Assembly: GCA_016748015.1 (NCBI GenBank)
Contig: JAAOMT010000648.1
Coordinates: forward strand, 1 to 64,000
Source of the DNA: Geosiphon pyriformis uo1
Taxonomy: Eukaryota > Fungi > Glomeromycota
Length of the DNA stretch: 64,000 nt
Reading direction: 5' to 3'
A model generated the notes under the pieces. It was given only the letters and a program-made list of their open reading frames with translations. It was not told the DNA's origin and did not search any database. Positions 27,827-40,145 of this stretch are shown here, in pieces; the first letter of the stretch is position 1; each line of letters begins with the position of its first letter. The position numbers and the translations under genes are program-made.

Positions 27827-29420
27827 ATGCCATCTTTTTTTTTGTTTGCATCTGATTAAAAAATCTTAAATTGTACAAAGACAAATAGTAAACAGTTTTA
27901 CTAAAAAAATTTTTAAGCAAACTAGTCTTGAACTTCAGTTTTTTCTTAATTAAATGGTTTTATTTTTTACACATACTTTTGCTAATAAAGCTAAATTGAA
28001 TTTTGTATCCAATAATAAGTTATAAAACAATTAAGACCAAATAAAAAAATTGTTTGTTTAAAATAGCTTTACACAAAACCATAGATAAAAAAAACTTTAC
28101 ATCTGAATTTGCTTTCTTCAAACTTAACTCTTAATTAACAAAAAAATACCCAAGTATTAATAAACCTTGTCTGTCTTTGCAATCAAAATAAGTAGTCTAT
28201 TTATGCTTAAAAAAATTTTACTGGTTTTTAGATTGATTGAGATAACTATTGTTTTGTCTGTATTTATTAAAATATTTATAATGTTAAAAAATTTACTAAT
28301 AATATTTAATATATTCTGCATTGCTATATAAAAGTTACTAACCCAAATTGTATTATTTATAAATGTATTAACTACCAAATAAAAGATCAGATCTGTATTT
28401 GATTTAATTTTGCCTGTTTTAGCAATAAACTTAAAGTTAATACAGTATTTAAACAAAAATTTTTGTCTCTTTACTTTGCATAAAAAGGAGTTGTAAAAGA
28501 TTTTTCAAAGAAGAAGTGAAAAAATCTTTTTCTAATTCAGTCTATTATGGATTTTATAACTTTTAGATAACCTAAAATTTGTTATAATTCTATTTATATG
28601 GCCATTATAAATATAACCAAAGAATCTAATAAATTTATTACACATTTTAACTCAAATTAAACTGCTTTTTAAATGTAGCCAGTCTACTAAATTGTATGCT
28701 TTTTGCATATTCTAAAGCACCAGCCAGATTTTTTTTCTTTTTTTCAAGATATTTTTAATTACTGATCTAACTGTAAAGATGAGAGATTAAGTTAAAGTGC
28801 CTTTTAAGATTGAAAAGTTGTCTTCATACAAAATATTGTATTTGTTACAGAATACAGAAATGCAATCAAACAAGATCTTCAAAAAAAAATTTCTTACTAT
28901 CTTAATAAAAATAATAGTTTTTATGTTTGTTAAGATGCTTTTCTATTTATAAGATTTTAGAATTATAAACACTTAGATATCTTTTCAGATATTAAAAACC
29001 AATTCAGCCACTAAACATGAATTAAGCAAATACAAAAAAAGCTCTAAAACAATTCTGCTACAGTATTTCTATGGTTTATTAGAAATACCAAACATTTTAG
29101 CAGCTTTGCCATCAGAAAAATTTCTAATTATCAATAAGAATTTATCAAAACTTATATAAAACATTACACTAGAAAATGTATTATCTACTATATAAATTAG
29201 AAATAAAAATTGTTTTTGCCAATAAAAAAGAATATCAAACTTGACCATGTGTTTTTTGGTTCAATTTTTTATTATTAAATTAATTTTGTACTTGATTGTA
29301 TTAAGCTCCAGAATTAATTTACTATTATTAATCAAATAGTCTATTATGATCTTTTTGAAAGATTTTTTTAGCATATTACTTATTATTTGACTCTTATTAT
29401 TAATGAAAGCTTTTATATAT

Positions 29421-30221
29421 TGTTACTCATAGAAAAAGCATACAAAAAAATAGTAGGAAAAACAGATAAACCAATAAAAAAATAGTAGCTAACATATAAG
29501 CATATTGCTTAACAATGTGAAGCAAAGTCAAAAAATTATGACACATTGTTCAGCAATATAAACATTGCTTGAGAAATTATAATACATTATTCAGAAATGT
29601 AAGCAATCTCATAGAACCCAAATTATGTATATATAGCAAGAGCATTAAAAGCAGAAAAAACAGAATTAATACCAAGATCTCTCTATTAAAACATCTTAGT
29701 TAGAATTATCAATAACAATAAATAATTATTTATCATATAAATTACTCTTTCCACTATTAACACTTCATGTTGATAGTATTCAATACTTAATCACATTGGA
29801 ACAATAGCTCTTAATCATGGCTATTGATGAGATACTAACTTTTTTGCCTTGGCTTATTGTCTTTATTTCTTTTTTTTATTTTATTTTATTTTCTTTTGCT
29901 GTTGATTTACTAATTGATTAAAAAATTAATGTGCAGAGTATTGATATTAGAATATAATACTGGTAAAAAACCCAGAAATAAAAATAGACATTCATAATTA
30001 AGAATAGCTTACTAGAAGATTGCCAGCCACCATGCTAAGAAAAAAATTGATAGAATTGTAATTTCAGGAAGTAATAGATAACAACAAACAACTATTGAAT
30101 CTCTGTCTATTATACAAAAAATTCCACCAAAACCTTCAGATATTACCAACTATTTTAGTGATTAAGTACCAAGTTATGAGTTTGTTATTTGATTTGAGAC
30201 CCCAAATAATTATCTGTAATA
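29421..30221 (+). repeat. 5' LTR of B
   Basis: Aligns to 49253-49991 with an extra ~58-bp internal unit. Confidence 0.88.
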
Positions 30222-30283
30222 TTTAGTGCTCCTTGTAAGATATAATTCTATAGAGAACTAACACCAATAACAATTATTCAAAA

Positions 30284-33200
30284 GTGGCAGAATCAAAAAT
30301 AATAGAGACAAACTATTTAAGATTTGTTAAATCTTTATTTCAAAATTACTGTCAACACTTGAGATTAACCAGCAATTATTTATTAGCAGAATCAGTCTTT
30401 AATTTCTATGTTAATAAAAGAATTTCTTATTCTTAGGAGCACTAGTAGATATTGAATCAGCAAAAGAAAATTTTTACAATGAATTAATTCAAAACACCAG
30501 CTTATTAGTAAATCATAATTTTGTATTCATTATTACTGAAATCAATCAAAAAATTGAAAATCACATTCAACAAAAATATCCAATTACCTATACAAGCAAG
30601 GGCAAAAGAAAATTACAAACACCAACAGTAATACTTTAGAGAATACAACTATTGACTTAAAAAAAAACAAAAATTAAATTACCAACCAATCTATTATATC
30701 ACTATACATCTAAAAGTGTCATCAACATTTCATTAACAGATATGTTTACATCAAATGTGAAAACAGCATCAGCCCAACTTTCATTTCAAAGTAAACAAAA
30801 GAAAACAGAGTTATTGAAAACCTACAGTAATTATTTTGAAAAATTTAATTCATGATCACCAATGCCATTAGGATTTTGATTATTGCTACATTAGCCAGAT
30901 TTTGGAACCATGAGTCCTTGGAAAGTAATGGAATCAGAAGAAGAAGAAAACAAAAATTAGGAATTTAATTATTAAAACCCAATCTCAGAAAACCTGGAAA
31001 TTCAAACTCTGATTGTTCCAACTTAGCAAAATCAGAATAATTCGAACTTTACCATTATTAATTAACCAAACTTACTTTCAAAAATCATAATTAATTCACC
31101 ACCAATTGTACCAATTGTTGTATAATCACAACCTTAACAACAACCAAACCTATTACAACAACCAATTGCAATACCAATGGCCTATGCACCAATTGCCAAA
31201 TTAAAAAAATTTACTGGTAAAGAGGATAATGTGTAAGCATGGCTAAATGATGTGAAAAAAGCCATTGCAGCCAATGAATAAAACAATGCCAGAACACTGT
31301 AAGCCATCTTATACTTTCTTTAGAATACTACTAACTTGTGATATTAAAGCTTGGCAAATAAATCCCAAGATTTCAACATATTTAAACTTGAGTTCCTAAG
31401 ATATTTCAACAATAATAACAGCATCAACTGCCTAACTAATACTTTTACTACCATTAAACAAAGAAATACTGAAGTCATCATTATCTACTTAGGATGCTTT
31501 TACAGAAATCTGCACCAAATTCAAGCCATCAACACTAATTATTTTATGGTAGCCCAAATCTTAAACCAGTTTATTTGTGGATTATATAGCAGCATTCTGC
31601 AACACATACATCCACTACATCCAGCCACACTTCAAGCCACAGTCACACATGTTAAAAACTTTGAATCAGCTAAATTAGAAGCCAACTATGTTCAAGCCAT
31701 TAATCTAGTAATGAATAGATTATCTGAATTGGGTTTTAAATTAAAACAATTCAGTAATTCAATTAATCAGAAATTAGAAGGGTACTTAGTTAACAACAAT
31801 CAGATTATATATTAACACCACAACATTGTAACAATCTCAGAATTTTTAATCAGTACCAAAATCAGTTGTGTCTTATGTTATTATCAAATTGTCAATTGTG
31901 GCAACAAAAAACATGTATCTGCCACAATTGTGGTAAACAAGAACACATCAGAGTTGATTACCATGCTAGAATAAATAATCAACAATTAGAACATTAATAT
32001 TGAAACCCTGATTACCAATTTCAAACTCCAAGTTATTAACCAAATTAAGATCAATATTCATCTTATTACCCACAAATAACATAACAATCAATATACATAT
32101 CTTTAATCTATTAAACCCCAGCCCCAGTTATTTATCAACCACAGCCACAAGTAATTTATCAACCCCAATCTATTTTAACACCACCATAAAACTCAGCTCT
32201 AATATTCAGAAATCCAAGATCAAGAATTACTCATACTTAACAAAACTGGTAATTGGCAATATTAATGTATTAATTAATCTCCAGTTTATTACAACAATCA
32301 TCAAGATTACACCAGTGGAGTTTGAAAACTGAGTACAATCAAAACCCAAATTTTCAGAACTATTTAAGTTTCCTAATTACTTCAGAAGATGCCAAACCCA
32401 AGAACTCAATCAAACCCAACTATTTACCAACAACATACTTCCAGCAACCATTACTAAAATGAATCACTTACTGTCATCTTTTTCTTTAAACTGGAAGAAC
32501 CAATTAAAACACCGTTATTTAGTGGAGCCATTGTTATACTTAGAAAAGAAAAATAGAAAAAGAAAAAAAATGATTTTTCAGGAAAATTTTAGATGTTTTA
32601 AAAAATCTAAGATTAGTCAAGAAATCCAAAATATTCAGAAAAGTTGAGAATTTTTTAGGAAATCCTAGATGTTTTAAGAAATCAAGGATTTTGCAGGAAA
32701 TCTAGCAAAAAAAAAAAATTTCTTGTGTAAAGAAAATTATGTATATATAGTAGTAATGTTAAAAGCAAAAAAAACAGACCTTTTAGTTTTGACTTCTTTT
32801 TCTATCTATTCCTTAATCACTTCAAGAATAATTTATATTCACTAAAATAAAATCATCAAATTATCAATAAAATACTTATCTACATCCAATTCATGTTGTT
32901 ATTATTTGATTAAGAAATATTCATTAAACTCTAACTATTAATACTTTATGTTGATAGCTGCTAATACTTAACTACACTAAAACAATAGTTCTTGATCATA
33001 GCTATTGATGAAATACTAACTTTTTATTGTCTTGGCCTAATTTTTTTGATTTCTTTTATTTTTTTTCTTTATTTTTTTTCTTCTTTTATTTTCTGTTTAT
33101 TGTTGTTTACTAATTGATTAAGAATTAAGCACTATGTTACAAATGTTATAGGAACTGGTAAAAGACCTGTAAAACAAGAGTAGAACATTCATAAAATTGA

Positions 33201-36200
33201 GAATAGCTTACCAGAAGGGTTACTGGCCACCATGCTGAGAAAGAAATTTGATGGAATTGAAATTCTGAAAAGCTATAGAAAAAAACTACTACTTAAATCT
33301 CTGTCTATTATACAAAGAACTTAACTAAAATTTTCAGACAACCAAAACCTTCAGATCACTATAATCTTCAGATATTACCATTATATCAGTTATTAAGTAC
33401 CAAATTACAGATTTGTTATTTGATTTAAGACTCCAAATAATTATCTGTAATACTGTTCTTAAATTAAAACCAATCATTACAATATATACAGATACCAAAG
33501 TTGATGATCAGTTTATTAAACTGATTTTAGACAGTGAATCAGCTGGCAGCATCATTACATGATAACTTATAGATCAATTAGGTTGTCAAATTAATTACAC
33601 TGCTAGTGCCAAAATTATTACTGTTGATAAAATAACAAAAATGCTTATTAATAAGATTAATGATTTCCCATTTGAAGTTAATAGAATTATCATACCAATT
33701 AAAGTCTTTGTAATAAATGCTACCTAATATTAAGCTTTCATTGGCAATAATTGGTTAACAAAAACAAATACTATATTTGATTGGACTACACAAAAACTCC
33801 AGTTCAATTAAGACAGCAAGCATATACAAATACCAGCTACTTGTGACCACTTTAAACCAACTGTCACACAACCACTTATAGAATTTAAAAAAAAGAAAAA
33901 AAACCTATCTGAAAAGCCTACCAAGTCTTATGGGCTGACACTGACCACAACAATCTATTACCAGTATTTACATGGAAAGAAAAAAGAAAAGAGAAAAAGA
34001 AAGAAGAAGAAAAAACCCAAGCAACTATCTTTATATATATTCTATACACCACTATCACTCAAATCCAGCCAAACTATTATTGATCCAAGCTAATTTGCAT
34101 CAATTGTAACAAGAAATTGTTAACAATAGGTGCATGTTGTGGCAATAATAAAGAATAACCAATGGCCACAAAATACTACTGCCACCCATGTATCCTTGAA
34201 TGTTTTAGATAACCAAAATAACAAGACAAATAGGACTATAAGTATTGTCTTGTGTGTAAAACAATTCTTCTTGACAAAAGAATATAGAACAATATTCCTG
34301 GACAAGAAAAAACCTGTGATAAGACATGTTAATACACAATTTTGATCAACAATTAGATACAAAAAAAGACTCCAATCAACAATGCCTAGAAATAAGCACT
34401 ATAATACCTAAAAGGATACTCACACAACAAACATGAGATTTGGAGAATGGCAAGTGCTAAAGTTGAAGGTACTACTCCCAGTAAACTACTGAAAATTAAG
34501 AATAATCCATTTACATTACCTAAACCAGAGTACATTCTTACTTTTAACATCTTTGATAATATTAAAGATGATCCAAAAGAATTCTATGAACATTATCAAA
34601 ACCTAGTATTTATATGAGAGGAGTAAGAACAGCATTTAGAAAAACTAAATACTTGATTATATAATCATTGTTTAATTTCATGTAACTTCTAGTATTGTGA
34701 TAATTATGACTTTATTTACAATTTACTACCATGAATAATCTATTTAATTTCCAAAGAAGAAAAGCCAATCAGCAAGTATACAATGGAATTGAAACCAAAA
34801 TTCAATTTTGATTCAAACTCTAACAATGATAACAATGATAACAGTTTCAGCTTTGTTTAATATGACAATAACAACAGTGAAAATTTAAATTCTGATTTAA
34901 ATCTAGAATAATATATTGTGCTCCCTAATTTTTCAAAGGAGCAAGAACTTAAATGGTTCAGCAATAATAATAAAGGTATTATGCCAAAATGTGTGCATGA
35001 TACTAATGCTAAATTTGATCTGAGATATCTAAAAAAAGATGTTATTAAATTGAAACCACATTCACACACATGTATTAATCTAAAAATAGCATTGGAAATT
35101 CCAGCAACAACAATGATTCAATTAGCTTCTAGATTTAGTTTAGTAAAGAAAAAGATAAATATAAGAGGAGGAATAATTAATGCAGAATATGTAGGAAATA
35201 TTATTGCAATACTACAAAATAACTCAGAAAAGGCTTATATAATCAAGTCAAATGAAAAAATAGCACAGGCAATATTTCTACCTCTGGTTAAAGTAGCTTA
35301 ATTAGTATTAATAAGAAAAAAAGAAGAATTAGAGATAATAGCAAGAGGAATAAGTGGATTTAGATTTACAGGTAGAATAGATGTACCAGTTAATATGGCA
35401 AAAGAAAAAGTTATTGACATGAGAGAAATTATTTCCACCCATCAATTAATTTCTATTCTGTCATATAACCAGTACATGTTAGCCATAGAAAAAAAAGTAA
35501 AAAATCAAGCTCAAATTTTCAAAGTAGAAGCTACCAATTATGAATCAAGAAAAATTGGAATTACCAATCTTTACATACCAGCCAAAAGCCCTAAACACAT
35601 CAAAATTTCTATCTACAATACAATGGAAAAGATTATTGAAATACCAAGTAGAACTATCATTAGATACTTAAGCACTGAAATTGAAAACCAACTACCAAGC
35701 ACTATTTCAGATTTTTCACAACTTTGCAGATATGTGGATATTATATTACAAACAATATACAAATAAAAAAATACTATTTGCTTCAATCAGAACAATTAGA
35801 ACAAATGAACTTGGAAAACTTAGACCCACTCCAACAGATGCAGCTCAAGATGTTGCTTAACAATTTTACTGATATTTTTGCCAGTGAAAATGAATTTAGC
35901 AGAACCAACATTATCTAACATTAAATCAAGACTAGAGATGTGATGCCAATCAAACAACAAGTATACCAAGTGCTACCAGCCAGCCATAAAATCATTTAAC
36001 AAGAAATTAACAGAATGTTAGACAATAGATTAATTCAATTATCAATAAGTTTATGGTCATCACCAGTAATACCAGTCCATAAAAAAAAATCCGTTTTTGT
36101 GTGGATTATAGAAAACTCAATAGTGTAACTTATGGAGACAGCTACTCCACTCCACAAATCCAAAAATTATTTGATGCTTTTGGAAGAAAAAAATGATTCT

Positions 36201-37183
36201 CCACATTAGACTTGAATAGTAGTTACTGGCAAGTAATCATGAATTCAGCCAACAAAAAAAAAACCACATTCACTACCAAAAAAGAGAATTTTGAATTTGA
36301 AGTTATGCCCTTTGGCTTAACCAATGCTTCAACCATATTTCAATGGCTTATGGAAATTGTTTATACTGGACTGCTATGGAAATCAGTAGTCATATATTTG
36401 AATAACACTAATGTGTTCTCAAAAACATTCAATGATTATTTGCATTATCTTTAGCAAATGTTCAAAAGGTTAAGAAGAGCAGGATTGAAACTAAATGCAA
36501 CCAAGTGCTTTTTTGGCAAAACAGAATTGAAATTTTTAAGACATGTTATAAGCAAAGATGACATCAAAACAGATCCAGACAAAATTGAGATAGTCAAAAA
36601 TTTTTCAATACTCATTAACTTAACAGAACTACAAATATTCTTAGAATTTGCTAAATACTACCACCACTTTATCCAGAACTTCTTAAAAATAGCTCAACCA
36701 TTTCACTAGCTTCAAGCCAAAAATGTGAAATATGAATGGACAAAACTCAGCAAAAAGCTTTTAATATACTAAAAAAAAAGCTTATCCAAGCACCAGTATT
36801 AATCTATTCAGATTATAACAAACTATTCATTATCACCACTAATGTATTAGGCCAAATATTGGAAGCAATACTATTTCAGAAAGGACTGGATAAAAAAAAA
36901 CATCCAGTAATATATACTAGTTGCAGCTTAAGTCCAGCTGAAAGGAATTATGAAACACTTAGCTATCTATTGGGCAGTCATAAAATAGAAAAAATACTTA
37001 AGCCAGAAATTTGACATATACACTAATCACAAAAAATTAACATTAATCCAGAAACAAAAATTTGGAGATAACTGTTATGCAAGATAGAAAATAGAACTTT
37101 CACCATTCAAATATACTATACATTATAAAAAAAGAAAAAAAAATAGAAATACTAACAGTTTGTTATAAATAAAACAAATTTAA
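30284..37183 (+). pseudogene. B ORF1 relic (Gag, PR, Cys-rich, dUTPase, RT, RH), interrupted by a solo LTR
   Basis: MAYAPIAKL capsid start, CHNCGKQEH knuckle, LILDSESAGS, AKFDL/RFSL/GIINAEY/IAQAI, VMPFGLTNA, YLNN (from YLDD). Confidence 0.85.
32532..33452 (+). mobile_element. Solo LTR related to family B, inserted just upstream of B protease
   Basis: TGTTA..TAATA ends; 3' two-thirds aligns with B LTR; flanks CCAT/CTGT reconstruct to a CCGT TSD; B frame SGAVL..KPI rejoins. Confidence 0.85.
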
Positions 37184-37187
37184 AAAC

Positions 37188-38569
37188 ATTTTAACCCAAA
37201 AATATTAACAACTCTAACACTATATTAATATTCAGCAGTTCAAGAAGAAATTATCTTAAGAAGAACAAAACAACATTAAACAACAATCTAAATATTTTAT
37301 CACTTACCAAAATATATTATATTGAAAAAACAGAAAGAATCCAGATCAACCACTCAGAGTAATTACAAAATCAGAAAAAGAAACAATACTATACAACATA
37401 CACTCAGATCTGATAGCAGGATATTTTCATAAAAAAGCAACCATAGAAAGAACCAGAAAAAGATATTATTGGCCATTAATATATCCAGACATCAGCCAAT
37501 ATGTTCAAAATTGTGATGCTTGTCAGAAAAAAGGAGGAACAAGATCCAGTAAGCCATTAAAACCAATTAAAGTGGGACAACTATTTGATAGAATTGGAAT
37601 TGACTTAGTTGGATTATTAACAATAATCAGCAGAGACAACTAGTATATAGCAGTAGCCATAGACTATTTCACAAAATGGCCAGAAATGAAAGCGATTCAA
37701 AGAGCAGATAGAGAATTCATAACTGAATTTGTTTATCAAGATTTGATTTGTTGACACAGATGTCCAAAAGAATTGTTATCAGATCAAGGAACCCATTTTG
37801 TAAACAGAACATTAATAGAATTAAGCCAAAGATTTAAAATCAAAAGACTATTATTATCATCATATCATCCACAAACAAATAGTTTAATAAAAAAATTCAA
37901 TAGAACATTGTATAAAACAATAGCCAAAATCAGTCAAAAAAACCAGGATGAATGAAATTTGTTTATATCATTAGTACTATTTGTTTATTGAACAATGAAG
38001 CAAGATATCACATAAGTCATACTATTTAAACTTGTTTATGATAGAACAGCAACATTACTAGTTGAGATAGAAGTCAATATGTATCCAACTGCACCAATAA
38101 ATAAAGCCAATTTCCAAAGAACATTGCTAAAAAAACGTACAAATTAATGGAAACATTAGAAAATAAAAGATAAAAAACAGCTAATAATATTCAAAAATCA
38201 CAAGAAAAACAAAAAAAAAGACATAATAACCAATTACCAGATAAACCAGTTGAATTTAAGATTAAAAACAAAGTACTTTTATATTATACCAAAGTGAAAA
38301 AACAATGGAGTAGAAAATTTGACCCCAAATAGGACAAATCATTTCACATAAAAAAAATTCTAGAAAATGAAGCTTATAAATTAAGATGGGACAACAAAAT
38401 TTTAATTAAAACAGCACATGGTAATTAACTAAAACCATATTATAATATGGCACAATTAGCTATCAGTAATATTTCACAACTTGAAGTACAATGAATACTA
38501 ATTCAACCAGATAAGATTTCATAAGATCTGGAACCAATTATAATCATTAATTCAAATACATCCAATTGA
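37188..38569 (+). pseudogene. B integrase relic
   Basis: CDACQ, GIDLVG, LSDQGTHF, YHPQTNS. Confidence 0.85.
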
Positions 38570-39127
38570 TCAATCAAAAGAGTATATAAAAACATGATAT
38601 ACATGACAAAAGAACCAAAAAAAATGAAAATATCAGATCATATCCACATTTTAGCTTAACAATTATTTTAGGCCTTAAATTAACAATAATTGAACATAAA
38701 AATCATCATCAACTGCTAAATAATTTGCTATCAAAACACTAAACAAAAAGAAAAAATACATTATATCAGCAATCACAGAACCAACCAAAAAACTGGTCAA
38801 ATAAAATAGTAAAAAAAGTAAAGAACACTTTTGGAAAAATATCCATTATAGTTTTAACAGAAAAACTTTCAAAAACAGTAGATAGAACAACTTTCAACAT
38901 CATACTACTACTATCAGTTGGAACAAAAGTTGAATATTTAGAAGTTATATCTCAATAAAGCCAAAAGAATATTCAACCAAGAGATAATACAGAATATTGA
39001 AGATATTATTAGAAAGACAACAAATTTGACATTACATATTAGAACAATCTATTAATTACACACAATATTTCAAAACTATCTAGAAATATTGCTACACCCT
39101 GACATAAAAACAATAACTATTAACCAG

Positions 39128-40100
39128 TGTTACTAGACAAAATTAGAGATATTGTTTAGCATGAAATTACCCTTATAAATCTTATCATTAGTTAGCATAT
39201 ATTATCGTTTCAAATTATCACTTATTACATTAGCAAAATATATCCGAAATTATCATTTAATTAATAACCCAATTTGTACATAACACAAATGTATCCTAAT
39301 TGCAATGATCAATCATGCAATACCCTGAACTATGTAACATTCAAAAAGTTTGCCGAAATTTGTAGAAATTCGCCAAAATAATTGATAGTTCACCAAAATA
39401 TCTAATAGTTTGCAGAAATAATTTGTAGTTTGCCGAAATGTATTTTTAGTTCAGCGAAATTGTAGAAAATAGCAAAGTTTGAGTTTATAAAATAGTGTTA
39501 CAACAAGTTGTATAAAAAAAAAGTGTCTCTCTTCGAAAAAATGTATCTTACTTCAGATTTAAACAATTAGAATAATCTTTTACACCCAAAAGACAAATAA
39601 ATATCAAATAATTCAAAAAACCAAATTCTTAAATTATTTCCTTTGAAATTAACCAATTCCTACTAACAGTTTGAAATTGACTAGCTACCAATTTCAGTAA
39701 ACTGTTAAAGCACTTCCAGGTCTGGATAGAAAACGTTTTCCTTGATAAAATCCTATTTCTTTTATTTTTCTTTTATTTTCTTATTACAATCATTAGGGTA
39801 GCCTACAGATGAGATTCCTGTAGAAGAGTTGACTTTTACAGCAAAGTAACTACACATTTTTAGTAAGCTTCCAGACAAGCAATTCCTGGGAAAGAGTTGA
39901 CATTTACTACAATGTAACTACATAAAGTAACTGGCAAGGAATTGGCCATTCCACTTATAAGCCCAGCAGTTCAAATTATAAGAGATAATTTGAAGATAAA
40001 TTCAGTTATCGAAGGTTCAAACACTTCCCATAATTGTGAATTAACAGCATTACAACAAACATACAAGAGCTAAGAAGAGACCAAAAAACCTCTGGTAACA
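39128..40100 (+). repeat. 5' LTR of C (973 bp)
   Basis: TGTTACTAG..CTGGTAACA; repeat of 48363-49114. Confidence 0.95.
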
Positions 40101-40102
40101 TT

Positions 40103-40119
40103 TGGTGCTCTCTCACAGA
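40103..40119 (+). promoter_or_regulatory. Primer binding site of C
   Basis: TGGTGCTCTCTCACAGA two nt after the LTR; primer tRNA identity not assigned. Confidence 0.8.
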
Positions 40120-40145
40120 AATAACACAGCAACAACAAATTCAAA

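Larger units (their letters stand above)
15995..29420 (-). mobile_element. LINE-b: heavily decayed 3' half (RT, RNase H, Zn finger, tail), split by Gypsy A
   Basis: Minus-strand translation collinear with LINE-a ORF2 (TFINNTIW, IYTNG, CVYC); reads continuously across the A insertion (QTKKKMASIINFANS); (AAT)n tail near 16000. Confidence 0.8.

Noticed and set aside
39347-39462. CRISPR-like repeat-spacer pattern
   Set aside because: 13-bp cores and 7-8 bp spacers inside a eukaryotic LTR, no cas genes
39918-40100. Gag frame apparently extending ~60 codons into the U5 of C
   Set aside because: The equivalent frame in A stops at the LTR end and both C LTRs have a TAA in it; not conserved
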